Positions 38,758 to 49,677 of a stretch of 64,000 bases of DNA are shown here, in pieces (position 1 is the first letter of the stretch; each line of letters opens with the position of its first letter). This DNA comes from Spirochaetota bacterium (GTDB lineage: Bacteria; Spirochaetota; UBA4802; JAFGDQ01): the NCBI GenBank assembly GCA_043803405.1, contig JAZDKB010000036.1:32001-96000 (forward strand), written 5' to 3'. A program made the translations under genes and the position numbers. The notes under the pieces were generated by a model, which searched no databases, was not told where the DNA came from, and was given only the letters and a program-made list of their open reading frames with translations.

Positions 38758-39690
38758 CTACGGCGGGCATTTAGCACAAACCGATTTAAAAAGAGCAGTG
38801 GACAAATAGCGATCGCCGCGGTCGGGCAGAAGCGTTACAACAGTACCGCTCTTAATTTTTTTCGCGTACTTTAAAGCTCCGGCAACGGCAGCTCCGCTGG
38901 ACATACCGCAAAAAAGGCCTTCCTTAAGCGCGAGCATCCTGCACATCTCAAATGCTTCGTCATCCGTAATCGTAAGTTTTTCATCATGCATTTTCGGATC
39001 ATATATAGCAGGCACAATCGATTCCCGCATGTTCTTAAGCCCCTGAATGCTGTGCCCCATTACAGGCTCCACAGCGACAATCTGAATATTCTTATTATAT
39101 TCGCGCAGGCGTCTTGAAACGCCCATCAGGGTTCCTGTTGTTCCGAGAGCTGCAACAAATACGGCAACATCTCCGTCTGTCTGGCTGATTATTTCCGGCG
39201 CCGTAGTTTCGTAATGTGACTGAATATTAAAAGGATTGGAGAACTGATCCGGCATATAGTACATGTCCGGATTTTCCCTCAGCATTTCCCTTGCTTTTAT
39301 GATGGACCCGTCCGTGCCTTTTGAGCCGTCGGTTAAAATAAGTTCGCTCCCGAAAGCTTCGAGAATCGCTTTTCGCTCAAATGAGACGCATTCGGGCATA
39401 CAAAGTTTTACAGTGTATCCCAGCGCCGTACCTACCATCGCAAGCCCTATGCCCGTGTTCCCGCTTGTCGGCTCAAGAATGGTTTTATCATGCGTTAGCA
39501 GGCCGCTCTCGATCGCGTTTTTAATCATGTAATACGCCGGCCTGTCCTTAACCGAGCCGCCGGGATTAGACCCTTCCAGCTTGGCCATTATCCTTACATT
39601 ATTATTGGAATTAAGATATTTTAACTCTACAAGCGGAGTATTTCCGATTGCCGTAATTACTCCGTGTTTTTCAATAGCTGTAGTTAACAT
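38758..39690 (-). CDS. PLP-dependent cysteine synthase (CysM/CysK family)
   Basis: IGNTPLV, KLEGSNPGGSVKDR, EPTSGNTG, DRGDRYLS. Confidence 0.93.
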   Translation of the reverse strand: MLTTAIEKHGVITAIGNTPLVELKYLNSNNNVRIMAKLEGSNPGGSVKDRPAYYMIKNAIESGLLTHDKTILEPTSGNTGIGLAMVGTALGYTVKLCMPECVSFERKAILEAFGSELILTDGSKGTDGSIIKAREMLRENPDMYYMPDQFSNPFNIQSHYETTAPEIISQTDGDVAVFVAALGTTGTLMGVSRRLREYNKNIQIVAVEPVMGHSIQGLKNMRESIVPAIYDPKMHDEKLTITDDEAFEMCRMLALKEGLFCGMSSGAAVAGALKYAKKIKSGTVVTLLPDRGDRYLSTALFKSVCAKCPP

Positions 39691-39782
39691 AGATATTTAC
39701 CGTTCAGGTTTACATAATTGTTTGATGATGAAAATTCGGAAAATATCAATTTTTGTCAAATGTATTTTTCAAGATCAGGCAT

Positions 39783-41708
39783 TTAATCATTCTTAAGCAG
39801 TTCCCCGACTTCTTTATTTAATCCTATAGTCGCTCCCGCCATTTCTTCAGTAGCAGAAGTAACTTCCGATGTAAGCTGGACAATTTCTTCAAACTGCTTG
39901 AGTACGCTGTTGGTTGATTCGTCAATTTTTACAAATGTCTGGAAAAGCTTGTTGGCAAAAGGAATAATTTTCCCGGCTTCGACCTGGGTTTTTTCCGAAA
40001 GTTTTTTTACTTCCTTGGCAACAACCGCGAATCCGCTTCCAAGTGTTCCAGCGCGCGCTGCTTCAATAGCCGCGTTCAACGCAAGCAGGTTAGTTTGATC
40101 CGCGATATCGTTAATTGATTCGACTACAGGTTTGAATTGCCCGGAAATTTCCTTTGCATCCTTGACCTTTTTGTTAAGGTTGCGCAGCGTCTCCTCCTGG
40201 TTAAGCGAAAGCCGGCTGAGGCGCATGGTCATGTCCGCGACTGCCTGGTTATTCGCTTCCAGTTCGTTCGATGTGCTGGATACGGTCTCGGCAAGCTGCT
40301 GGCGTATATTATTGATCTGGGTCTGCTTCTGTAGATTATCGTACGTAACCTGGAGTTCGGTCAGCGTTTTCATTGAAGCCGCCTGTTCTTCCTGAACATG
40401 TATCTTTTCCTGTTCCAGCAGATAATTTCTGTAATGATGGCAGTTGTCCGACTTGTTCAGCCCGTTGAAAATCGCCAGGGCCATGTCTTCGCAGCTTCCA
40501 TAACCGCATGAGGAGCAGTTATAAAAATCCTTTTTTTCAAACTTTTTCATGGATTCATATATTTCCGTCTGTTCTTTTTCAGTCGGTTTTTTCAGCTTCG
40601 TGTTTTCGTTGCGGTCAGTATATGTCCGTTTGTACAGTCCCGGTTTCCAGTATTTAGACAATATCGCATTAATCTGTCCGGACGTTTTTTTAAGATTACG
40701 TTTTTTATATTTTTTCTGCATCTGAATATTGCGCTGGTTGACGTGGTATTCGATCTCATCCGGGGATTTTTTCAGATTGAGCGTCCCCGGCCCGCCGTTG
40801 CATCCCATTTCGCAGTTAAGGCAATCTACAAGCACAGGATTCTTTCCCTGCTTCACGATCTCCGGCAGAGTGTGCAAATACTTGTAGATGATGCTCTGGC
40901 CTTCGATTTTTCGCGTTACGGATTCAATGCCCGGGAAATCGCGCATTGCAGTCTGGAGAAGCCCTCCGGGCGTGGAGAAAAGCACGGCGCGTTCTGCCTG
41001 CGGATTATCAAAGTCCGCTTCTGAATAATTTTTCAGGTCGATATTGTTTTCAGTAAAATATTTATCAAGAGAATTATATGTTACATTATATGCCTCATCC
41101 CCGAATCCGGTATCGATGAACTCCCGCTTTTTAGCATAGCATGGAGAGATTACAACGATTTTTGAAGATGCATACTGAGGGTAAAATTCGCGAATCATTT
41201 TGACCGTATGCAGCATGGGGCTGTCTACCGGGGCGAGATATTGAATTAGTTCAGGCTGATAAAGCTCTATGTAGCCGACAATCGCAGGGCACGGTTGCGC
41301 GATTATCATAGCAGGCGATTCTGTTTTAAGGTACTCCAGGTACGATTTGACGGTAAGTTCGGCTCCGAAACTGACGTCAAATATACCTGTGACGCCCAGG
41401 CTTTTCAGGAAGCCGTTCAGGCGAAGATAATCGCCCGGAAAATTCGCCGCAACGGCAGGAGCAACAATAGCAATGAACGAATTATTTTTAACCTCATTCA
41501 TGAACGAAACGAAGTCGTCGATACCGACGCGAGCATTGTGAGTACATGCGTGAATGCAGTTCCCGCATCCCAGGCAGAGATTCTCGTTTACTCTTACGTA
41601 ATCCGCGCTTCCGTCATTGCAGAATTTGACAGGGCAGGCCGTAATGCATGCATGGCAGTTAACGCATTTGGTGCTGTCTACATCGATAACCTTCAGAATA
41701 TTTTTCAT
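39783..41708 (-). CDS. Sensory [FeFe]-hydrogenase-like domain fused to a methyl-accepting chemotaxis domain
   Basis: Two CxxCxxCxxxC clusters; [61 protein letters not shown]. Confidence 0.88.
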   Translation of the reverse strand: MKNILKVIDVDSTKCVNCHACITACPVKFCNDGSADYVRVNENLCLGCGNCIHACTHNARVGIDDFVSFMNEVKNNSFIAIVAPAVAANFPGDYLRLNGFLKSLGVTGIFDVSFGAELTVKSYLEYLKTESPAMIIAQPCPAIVGYIELYQPELIQYLAPVDSPMLHTVKMIREFYPQYASSKIVVISPCYAKKREFIDTGFGDEAYNVTYNSLDKYFTENNIDLKNYSEADFDNPQAERAVLFSTPGGLLQTAMRDFPGIESVTRKIEGQSIIYKYLHTLPEIVKQGKNPVLVDCLNCEMGCNGGPGTLNLKKSPDEIEYHVNQRNIQMQKKYKKRNLKKTSGQINAILSKYWKPGLYKRTYTDRNENTKLKKPTEKEQTEIYESMKKFEKKDFYNCSSCGYGSCEDMALAIFNGLNKSDNCHHYRNYLLEQEKIHVQEEQAASMKTLTELQVTYDNLQKQTQINNIRQQLAETVSSTSNELEANNQAVADMTMRLSRLSLNQEETLRNLNKKVKDAKEISGQFKPVVESINDIADQTNLLALNAAIEAARAGTLGSGFAVVAKEVKKLSEKTQVEAGKIIPFANKLFQTFVKIDESTNSVLKQFEEIVQLTSEVTSATEEMAGATIGLNKEVGELLKND

Positions 41709-42155
41709 AATCGTGTTCCTTATACTGGTATACCTTTAAAGTTATAAAATAATACTCAAGGCTTAGTTAAATACTGTTTCTATTAATAATAACCTGTTTT
41801 TTTTGCAAGAGTTTAATTTTGAAGTTACCGATTGAACGGTTTGGAATGGCCATAGCAGTATCAGTTGGTGATAAATGCGATTGAGAGATAACATAAGTAA
41901 TTTTCTCGATAAGCGTATGCCGCACGTTGATCTAATTTCAGTCCGAGAATGTAAATCAATTCCACGATTGGAAACAATTGATACTATAAATTCGGTTAAA
42001 TTATATTATTAAATAATATAAAAATTAGATTTTTTTTATTGCAATTATTACTTTTGACTCAGAATTATTTATTATATTGATTTTAGGATATATTCTGAAT
42101 AATAAACGATGACAGCTAATCATGTGAAGCAAACAATTCAAATGGAAATTAAACA

Positions 42156-43865
42156 ATGCTGACATTAAAAAATTTTGGGCAAGTTATAGATAAAACAATA
42201 CTTCAACGCGGCGAAGATTACTACCAATACGGATTCGTTACAGAACTCGAAGAAACAACAGCCGATTACTGGACTGCGACAGTACAGGGCACCGAGGATT
42301 ACACGGTAAAAGTAAGGATTAAGGAAGGCGAAATTGTTGAATCCTTATGCAACTGCCCATACGATATGGGCCCCGTATGCAAACACGAGGTGGCTGTATA
42401 TTACGCAATTAATGCGGCTAATGAAAATAACGTGATCGAATTTCCTGCTAAGAAAGCGGAACCAGATAGAAAAAGCAAATCTCTAAAGAAAAAGACGCCT
42501 ACGGTTTCAGAAAAAATTGACAGCGCTCTGAACAAAATACAGCCCGATGAGCTTAAAGCCTTTGTAAAAGAATACGCACTCGATGATAAATTTTTCAGGA
42601 ACGCGCTTTTCGTGCGTATGCCTGCGGACGATTCCGGAGTTTCGCTAAAAATGTACAAGGACATAATTAGATCGGCACTTAATTCGGGCAAAGACCGGCA
42701 CGGCTTCATTGATTATCGTCACGCGCCCGGAGCTACGAGGCCTGTTTATGATCTCATGACAAAAGCTGACAAATTTTTTGCGGACGGAAAATTTAGCCAG
42801 GTTATGGAGATATCAATAACCATTATACAGGAGATGGTAAAGGCTATACAGTTTATGGATGATTCGGACGGCATGGTGACCGAACTTGTAAACGGTTCCC
42901 TGGAATTACTGGAAAATTGTGCCACAGCTATTGCAGGCACGGACACAGGGAAAGAATTTTTCAATCTTTGTCTTAAAGAAGCGCGGAATAAAATTTATGA
43001 CGGCTGGGAATTCAAGTGGGACTTCGCACATATAGCCTCATTACTTATAAACAGTGAAAATGATATTGATGCGGTCTTTCAATTGCTGGATGAGCTTACA
43101 AAAAAAGAAAAAGTTTCCAATTATGATCTGGAATCAACTGCCTATATAAAGCTTGATATTATAAAAAAATGGTACCCTGGAGAAAGACTCGAACAATATA
43201 TTAATGACAACATGCAATACACAGAAATAAGAAAAGCTTCTATTGAACGGGCTATTAAAACCGCAAATTACAGCCTTGCTAAAAAACTTGCTTGCGAGGG
43301 AATAGAAAAAGATGAAGCCAAAGCCCCAGGGCTTGTAAAAATCTGGAAAAGATATCTTTTGACTGTCGCTGAAAAACTTAGCGATAAAAAGGATATTATT
43401 GAGAAAGCAACGGAGCTTTTTTATGATACAGGCGATTTCACATATTATAATATTTTAAAGGATCAGTATGCTCAAAAGGAATGGGAAAATGCTTTCCCGA
43501 TTCTTATTGATGATATAAAAAAGAATGCCCGTTATAGAGATACCATTTTTCCTTCAATATATATTCAGGAAGAGAAATGGAAAGATTTGCTTGAACATGT
43601 TGCACAAAACCAGAATAAATACATTCTGGAGTCCTGCCATAAATACCTTGCGAAGCTGTATCCTAAAGAGCTTTCACAATTTTACGAGAAGGCTGTACTT
43701 GAAGAATTGAAATTTACTGGCCGCAATCATTACCAGGAAGCTTGTAAAATGCTCAGGAAAATGAAAAAACTTGGAGCTTCGGCAAGGGTTGAAGAGCTCA
43801 AGCGTAATTTAAAAGAAGAATACAAAAACCGTCCGGCTTTGCTTGAAGAGCTTGCAGATATATAA
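42156..43865 (+). CDS. SWIM zinc-finger protein with helical C-terminus
   Basis: RGEDYY, VQGTEDY.V, CNCPY....CKH. Confidence 0.85.
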   Translation: MLTLKNFGQVIDKTILQRGEDYYQYGFVTELEETTADYWTATVQGTEDYTVKVRIKEGEIVESLCNCPYDMGPVCKHEVAVYYAINAANENNVIEFPAKKAEPDRKSKSLKKKTPTVSEKIDSALNKIQPDELKAFVKEYALDDKFFRNALFVRMPADDSGVSLKMYKDIIRSALNSGKDRHGFIDYRHAPGATRPVYDLMTKADKFFADGKFSQVMEISITIIQEMVKAIQFMDDSDGMVTELVNGSLELLENCATAIAGTDTGKEFFNLCLKEARNKIYDGWEFKWDFAHIASLLINSENDIDAVFQLLDELTKKEKVSNYDLESTAYIKLDIIKKWYPGERLEQYINDNMQYTEIRKASIERAIKTANYSLAKKLACEGIEKDEAKAPGLVKIWKRYLLTVAEKLSDKKDIIEKATELFYDTGDFTYYNILKDQYAQKEWENAFPILIDDIKKNARYRDTIFPSIYIQEEKWKDLLEHVAQNQNKYILESCHKYLAKLYPKELSQFYEKAVLEELKFTGRNHYQEACKMLRKMKKLGASARVEELKRNLKEEYKNRPALLEELADI

Positions 43866-43982
43866 TTATTAGTGCGTCTTAAAACATATAATCAGCTATG
43901 TTGTTTATCGAGACAATAGGTTCTATGATGCATTCTGAATCATAATTATTGTTACTTTGCTTTTAATAAAGGAAAAAGTATA

Positions 43983-44870
43983 ATGAAAAGAAAAACAAAT
44001 CCGCCTGAAGTAAATAATAAACTTTGTAATGGCTGCGGGTTGTGCATTGAGCAATGTCCGTCCTTTGTTCTTGAAATGAAGGCAAAGAAAGCATTTATCG
44101 AAAGAGGCGAATGGTGCATAGAATGCGGCCATTGCGCGGCAGTATGTCCCACAGGAGCAATGCTCTATAACGGGAAGGCTTTGCCTTTTCATCCTAAGAA
44201 AGGAAAGACTCCCGCGGTCAGCCCGGGTGCGCTGAATCTTTTACTGCGGGAAAGGCGCTCAGTAAGAAACTACAGCAGCAAGCCGGTAAGCGAAAAAGCG
44301 CTTCAAAATATTCTGGATGCAGGCAGGTGCGCTCCCACAGGCACAAACAGCCGCAATGTAAAATATATTATAATTGCGAATCCCGAACATATATCCGGGC
44401 TTCAGAAGATGGTGCTGGATTTTTACTCTAAAATATTTTCAAAAGCAAGGTCGCGGATAGGCAGGCTCTTCCTTATGGCTATTGTGGGCCGCAGGATCAC
44501 GGAGTACATCTGCGATTCGCTACCGAAAATGGAATACGCGAACAAAAGAATCGAAGAAGGAAAGGACCCGCTGTTCTACAATGCTCCGGCAATATTAATT
44601 GCACACGCTGAGTCGTGGGACACATGCTCTGCCTTTAACTGCTCCGTTGCAATGTACAACTGCTCGCTCATGGCGCATGCTATGGGGATCGGTTGCTGCT
44701 TCAACGGGTTTCTTGTCGCAGCAGCAAACAAGTCGGATGAAATCAGAAAGCGGCTCGGCATACCGGACAATCATCAGTGCTTTTCAGCAATGACGCTCGG
44801 GTACTCGAACCTTAAATACGTGCGCCTCATTGACCGCAAACCGGACGAATCCGATTTGCGGATTGTATAA
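43983..44870 (+). CDS. Nitroreductase with N-terminal 2x[4Fe-4S] domain
   Basis: CNGCGLC..QCP, CIECGHC..VCP, RRSVRNY, APTGTN. Confidence 0.9.
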   Translation: MKRKTNPPEVNNKLCNGCGLCIEQCPSFVLEMKAKKAFIERGEWCIECGHCAAVCPTGAMLYNGKALPFHPKKGKTPAVSPGALNLLLRERRSVRNYSSKPVSEKALQNILDAGRCAPTGTNSRNVKYIIIANPEHISGLQKMVLDFYSKIFSKARSRIGRLFLMAIVGRRITEYICDSLPKMEYANKRIEEGKDPLFYNAPAILIAHAESWDTCSAFNCSVAMYNCSLMAHAMGIGCCFNGFLVAAANKSDEIRKRLGIPDNHQCFSAMTLGYSNLKYVRLIDRKPDESDLRIV

Positions 44871-44913
44871 GAGTAGTGTGTTTGAATTTATTCGGCAAAT
44901 AAATTATACTTTT

Positions 44914-46218
44914 TTACCATATATCATAACCGGGTGAACAAACAGCTCCGCCGTTATTGTTATATGTGTCAAGATCAACTCTGTCAGTATCTTCCCAGTA
45001 ACAAGGTATTGCTTTTCCGTTGCTCATATAACATCCTGAAGTGTAGACTTTACCTCCGGAAACAATGATAGAGCTGGCGTATGCATTTTCGGTAGCGCTT
45101 CCGCCGCCTGTTAAATTAGTTCGCGATGTGCCTGCCCAGTAACAGGGTACGTCCTTAGTGCCATTGTTATAATAACCTGCGGTATAAACCGTCCCGTTAT
45201 ATACTGTAATTGCCATTGCGTCTCCCGGGCGACCTCCGGTAGGGAGAGGGGTTTGCGTTGAACCTGTCCAGTAGCAGGGTGTTGAAAAGTCTACATTGCC
45301 TGCGGTATAAACAGTGTCCTCATAAACAGTCAAACCATAGACAAAACCATCTAGATATTCGCTTATGTTTAAATCCATGCGCTGGCTATTTTCCCAGTAG
45401 CAAGGGATATAACATGAGGCGGAAGAATCTACGTAGAATCCGCCAACATAGATTTTCTGACTTACAAAAATACCGGTTACCGCAATTGAGGTTGCGTATG
45501 CGTTGTGGCCTGCAACACCGGTCAGGTCAGTACGCGATGTATCTGTCCAGTAGCATGGTACAAAAACACCACCGCTATCATAATAACCGGAGGTATATAC
45601 TACTGAAGGGAATGGGGGTATATTAGCATAAGCAACTGCGGTAGCATAGGCTGTGCTTGAAGCGCCTGCTGAAAGGTTTATGCGTTGCGTGCCTTTCCAG
45701 TAGCATGGCTTCTCGTCAGTGCCGTCCATATAGTAACCCGCGTAATACGCTGTCGTGCCTGAAACAATTACCGGAGAATATGCACACCCTTTGACGCTAT
45801 CCAGGGTTAAAAGTGCAGCTCCTCCCCAGAACCCCGGGTGCTCATCTGAACCGTCGCTGAAATCTCCGGCATTGTACAGAAAGGTTGTTACAACGCATGA
45901 ATCGCTGAACCCGCCGTCCTCGCTTGCGGCAGTAACAATAGTTGTCCCTGCAGTTACCGCGTACACCTTTCCGTTCGCGTCTACAGTGGCAATATCAGTA
46001 CTTTGTGAGTGCCATGTGACGTTCTGGTTTGCGCCCGCGGGCGTAACAGTCGCGGTAAGCTGGTCAAAACCGCCAAGCGGGATTGAGCACGCAGTCTCGC
46101 TCAGTGATACACTCTGTGCCGGCACACTGCCGGCGGAACTGTCGCTGCTGTCTTTGCTGCAGTTCAACAGAAATAACATATTAAAAACACACAAATAAAA
46201 CAACAAATACCGTTTCAT
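44914..46218 (-). CDS. Lipoprotein with Big_2 Ig domain and 7-repeat beta-propeller
   Basis: LLNC lipobox; LTATVTP..ANQNVTW.S...IATVD.NG.V; six PCYW repeats plus one PGFW. Confidence 0.75.
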   Translation of the reverse strand: MKRYLLFYLCVFNMLFLLNCSKDSSDSSAGSVPAQSVSLSETACSIPLGGFDQLTATVTPAGANQNVTWHSQSTDIATVDANGKVYAVTAGTTIVTAASEDGGFSDSCVVTTFLYNAGDFSDGSDEHPGFWGGAALLTLDSVKGCAYSPVIVSGTTAYYAGYYMDGTDEKPCYWKGTQRINLSAGASSTAYATAVAYANIPPFPSVVYTSGYYDSGGVFVPCYWTDTSRTDLTGVAGHNAYATSIAVTGIFVSQKIYVGGFYVDSSASCYIPCYWENSQRMDLNISEYLDGFVYGLTVYEDTVYTAGNVDFSTPCYWTGSTQTPLPTGGRPGDAMAITVYNGTVYTAGYYNNGTKDVPCYWAGTSRTNLTGGGSATENAYASSIIVSGGKVYTSGCYMSNGKAIPCYWEDTDRVDLDTYNNNGGAVCSPGYDIW

Positions 46219-46387
46219 GGGATTTCCTCCGAATATATCATTATTTTTACATCATTTGAAAATAGCTTTAATTGGATGCGCTGACATCGGGGTAAATACT
46301 TGGATTTGAATTTTTTTAAGTAATAGTAAAAATGAAGATTTAATGGTACTTATCTTAAAAATAAAATTTCAAATGTATAGCTGATTA

Positions 46388-46513
46388 TAAATTAAAATAG
46401 ATTGCAAAATTTTTGAGGACGCCTTTCAGGCCTGAGGGAACTGCCCAAAAAAACGTAAAAACTAACACCGAAGGCCTGATTCCGCAAAAAATTTTGCAAT
46501 CTATTTTAATTTA
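46388..46513. repeat. Long inverted repeat with perfect 27-bp arms
   Basis: TAAATTAAAATAGATTGCAAAATTTTT (46388-46414) with its exact complement at 46487-46513; inner TCAGGCCT/AGGCCTGA. Confidence 0.85.
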
Positions 46514-46544
46514 ATAAATATAAAGCATAATTTCAGGACGCGCC

Positions 46545-47792
46545 CTAAATCAGATTATATTCGCGGGCTTTGTTAAGCAGCTCTATTTTATTGTTTATGT
46601 TGAGTTTATGATAAATATTATACAAATGGGTCTCAATAGTGCGCTCTGCAAGATTTAATTTCTTTCCGATTTCAATGTTGGATAAGCCGGTTAAGGACAG
46701 GGTGATTATGTCAAACTGCTTATGCGTAAGTTTATATTTTTTCCGGAATTCTTTTATCCCTTTATTTTCCCTGGATATAACCAGAATGCCGGTAAGGTCT
46801 CCGAAATTATCTGTTATTCCTGTAAAATACGAATCTGTAAATATGTTATCAGGCTTTGCCATATATTCAATTTTGCAATCAAAGCTCTTTATTTGCTTTT
46901 CAGCAAGGTTATGAAGCTCTATGTTTAAATAATTGTTTTCTGATACAATTTCAGAATAATTTTTATTCTTAAGAGCCTCTTTAGAGAGATTATTATCCAT
47001 TAACTCAATAAATTTATTGTTAGCTTCTATTATTCTGAAGTCCGGGCTCAGAAGGATCACAATCTCCTGTATATTAGAAATGATTTTATCTGCTGCCATG
47101 GACGGCTGGAACACAAGGAATTTGTATTTTACCATTGAATACCACAGGCCGGTAATATAAAAAAGCAGAATAGTCGGCCCTGAATTGGGCGGATCGTAAT
47201 ATTTTAACGCAGGGAAAACTATATCCAGCAGGCAGGCAACAGACATGGTTATGAAGTAAAAGATAAGGATCAATCCTGCCTGCTTTTTTATTTTCTGAAG
47301 TCTGGTGTTTTTTCTCCAGCTGGCCAGTAAATAGATTACAGTTCCGGCATTAATATTGATAATTATTATATAAAAGATAAATCCGAATGTATCAGGAGTT
47401 ATAATGAACTCCCATCTTCCTTCGTACAGGAAACAATCCGAATAAAGTGTTGAAGATGTTATTGTGATTATTGTAAGTATGACAGCCTGTAAATATATAA
47501 CAGGAATAAAACATTTGTTTAATTTCTTCCCTGTAAGCTCAAAAGTAAAATGCGTGTTCACGCTGAGAAACAGAAATACAAATGGTATCGATGCCTTGTA
47601 CCAGAAAAAAACATTATCCTTGTCATTGGAGGAATATGCAAAACTGGCAAACAAAGCCCAGATTGAAAATGTGAGACACAAAAGAAAGAACAGCCTGTGG
47701 GTTATGCTTTTATAATTGAATCTTAGAATATAAATTCCGAAATAAACGAAGCTTATAAATATAATGATATTTAAAAGTGAAAGTATATTCAT
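46545..47792 (-). CDS. Membrane-bound one-component regulator: 7TM sensor + PAS-like + LuxR HTH
   Basis: Seven hydrophobic segments; LT.KQ.DII.L...GLSN.EIG.KL.LAERTIETHL.NIY.KL. Confidence 0.85.
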   Translation of the reverse strand: MNILSLLNIIIFISFVYFGIYILRFNYKSITHRLFFLLCLTFSIWALFASFAYSSNDKDNVFFWYKASIPFVFLFLSVNTHFTFELTGKKLNKCFIPVIYLQAVILTIITITSSTLYSDCFLYEGRWEFIITPDTFGFIFYIIIININAGTVIYLLASWRKNTRLQKIKKQAGLILIFYFITMSVACLLDIVFPALKYYDPPNSGPTILLFYITGLWYSMVKYKFLVFQPSMAADKIISNIQEIVILLSPDFRIIEANNKFIELMDNNLSKEALKNKNYSEIVSENNYLNIELHNLAEKQIKSFDCKIEYMAKPDNIFTDSYFTGITDNFGDLTGILVISRENKGIKEFRKKYKLTHKQFDIITLSLTGLSNIEIGKKLNLAERTIETHLYNIYHKLNINNKIELLNKAREYNLI

Positions 47793-47946
47793 TTTCTTTT
47801 TGATAATGAAATATGGAGTTTTTCAATTATTATCATTTTGTATTACATAAAATATTCAGATTTTTAGCCTTATTATTAAAAGTGCTGTTCAGAAAAAGGA
47901 TTTTCTATACAAAATACTAATTTTATGCAGATCCAGTATGGTTTTG

Positions 47947-48078
47947 CTGCTGCTTCACGGTCATTCTACCTTTGTCTCACGATCATAGTGATGCTATGAC
48001 CGTGAGGTAGAGTTGCTGCCTCACGGTCACTCTAATGCTACCTCAGTGAGGTAGTAATGCTTTCTCACTGAGGTTTTA
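47947..48078. repeat. Tandem array of six 22-bp dyad units in mixed orientation
   Basis: Units start at 47947, 47969, 47991, 48013, 48035 and 48057; cores CTCACGGTCA, TGACCGTGAG or CTCASTGAG. Confidence 0.85.
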
Positions 48079-48204
48079 TCCTTATATCCGTTATATTTAC
48101 TTGTTTTTATTCAGAATTCAGCCTTTTTTAGGTTGTATTTATTTAAAATATATTCATTTAAGATACTTAAATATATTAGTCAATGTAAATTCAGTTGTTA
48201 ATTA

Positions 48205-49677
48205 ATGAACGAATACAAAGAAAATAATGTCCTGATCATAGGCTCCGGCATTGGCGGGCTCTCGTGCGGTATAATTCTTTTAAAGCTCGGTTATAATGTA
48301 ACTGTAATCGAAAAAAACAAAGAGCCCGGCGGCATGATGCGCAGCTACAGGCGCCTCGGTATTGAATGCCCGGTCGGCGTGCACTACTTGGGATCGCTGG
48401 ATAACAACCAGGTTCTCCGCCGGATATTCGATTATCTTGGCGTTACATCAAAGATTCAACTGGAACGAATGGGCGTTAATGCGCCAATAGACAAATACAT
48501 TTTCGACGACTTTGCATTTGATCTGCCTTCAGGAATAGACGAGTACGAAAATGCTCTGCTGGAAAAGTTTCCTGATGACAGGAAAGCGATTATAGAAATA
48601 ATGAGCGGCGTAAGAAAGATCGCGTCCATAATGCAAACCCTCGAGTTTATTTCAGGAAGCAGCAATGAGTCTTCAATATTTACATCGTTCGAGTTTTTCG
48701 ATTCAATGGGCGATCTTGTTTCAAAACTAAACTGCTCCAGGAACCTGTGCAGCGTGCTCGAAGTCCCTTGCACATGGATAGGCCTTTCATTAAAAGAGTG
48801 CCCTGTGTTTTATCATTATAATGTTCTTTCGTCTTACCTGTTTTCAGCATGGAGACTTAAATGCAGCGGAGCTGATATGGCAAATGCGTTCGCCGGCAGG
48901 TTTAAAGAGCTTGGAGGAAAAATAATTCTCGGAGATATGGTCGAGAAGATTCTTACAAAGGACCGCGTTGCTGAAGGTATAAGGCTTAAATCCGGACTGG
49001 AGATGAAAAGCAGTATTATTATCGCAGCTGTGCATCCGAAAACAATGCTCGCAATTTTACAGGAGGGATCTGTCAAGCCTGCTTATTCGAAAAGAATAAG
49101 CCAGATTGAAGATACGGACGGAATGTTTTCGGTTCAGCTTGGAGTGGACTCGAAAGCCAGCGAAGAACTGCCTTATAATATCTTCAGGCTGAGAGCGAAT
49201 AAAGAGGGCTCATTATCAAAAGGAGCTTTTTTTCAGCTTAGGAAATCCGAAAAGCCGGATATGAATCTCTTAACTATTATTTCGACCAGTAAATATTCTG
49301 AATGGCAAAAATGGGAAACCACTATAAGCGGAAAAAGAGGGAATGACTATCTTGATAAAAAAGGAATAATAGCTGAAGAATTAATAAACATTGCATCCGG
49401 TTGCATCGGCCCGTTTAAGGGGCAGAAAATTCTGGATACTTACTCGCCGCTCACTATACGGGACTGGGCAGCAAGCCCGTGCGGTTCGGCGTACGGCGTT
49501 CTGCGCTCCAAGGAACAGCTTTTAAAAACAGCGCTTCTTAACAGGACTTCTGTTAAGGGGCTATATCTTGCAGGCCAAAGCGTTCTTGCTCCCGGCATTC
49601 TTGGAACAGCGCTCGGGTCACTGGTGACTGTAAAAGACATAGTAGGAAGCGAGGCATTTAAAGCAGTTATTTTATGA
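48205..49677 (+). CDS. Phytoene-desaturase/retinol-saturase-like FAD oxidoreductase
   Basis: IIGSGIGGL, EK...PGG, SPLT.RD, GSAYG, LYLAGQS...PGI.G. Confidence 0.88.
   Translation: MNEYKENNVLIIGSGIGGLSCGIILLKLGYNVTVIEKNKEPGGMMRSYRRLGIECPVGVHYLGSLDNNQVLRRIFDYLGVTSKIQLERMGVNAPIDKYIFDDFAFDLPSGIDEYENALLEKFPDDRKAIIEIMSGVRKIASIMQTLEFISGSSNESSIFTSFEFFDSMGDLVSKLNCSRNLCSVLEVPCTWIGLSLKECPVFYHYNVLSSYLFSAWRLKCSGADMANAFAGRFKELGGKIILGDMVEKILTKDRVAEGIRLKSGLEMKSSIIIAAVHPKTMLAILQEGSVKPAYSKRISQIEDTDGMFSVQLGVDSKASEELPYNIFRLRANKEGSLSKGAFFQLRKSEKPDMNLLTIISTSKYSEWQKWETTISGKRGNDYLDKKGIIAEELINIASGCIGPFKGQKILDTYSPLTIRDWAASPCGSAYGVLRSKEQLLKTALLNRTSVKGLYLAGQSVLAPGILGTALGSLVTVKDIVGSEAFKAVIL

Noticed and set aside
41760..42000. 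Possible ncRNA or gene remnant upstream of the hydrogenase-like chemoreceptor
   Set aside because: No recognisable RNA motif; the open minus frame has no good start or homology.
47947..48078. CRISPR array
   Set aside because: The units abut without unique spacers, are only 22 bp, and no cas genes are present.
48205..49677. Carotenoid biosynthesis (crtI)
   Set aside because: No phytoene synthase or isoprenoid genes; the context is fatty-acid/ACP.
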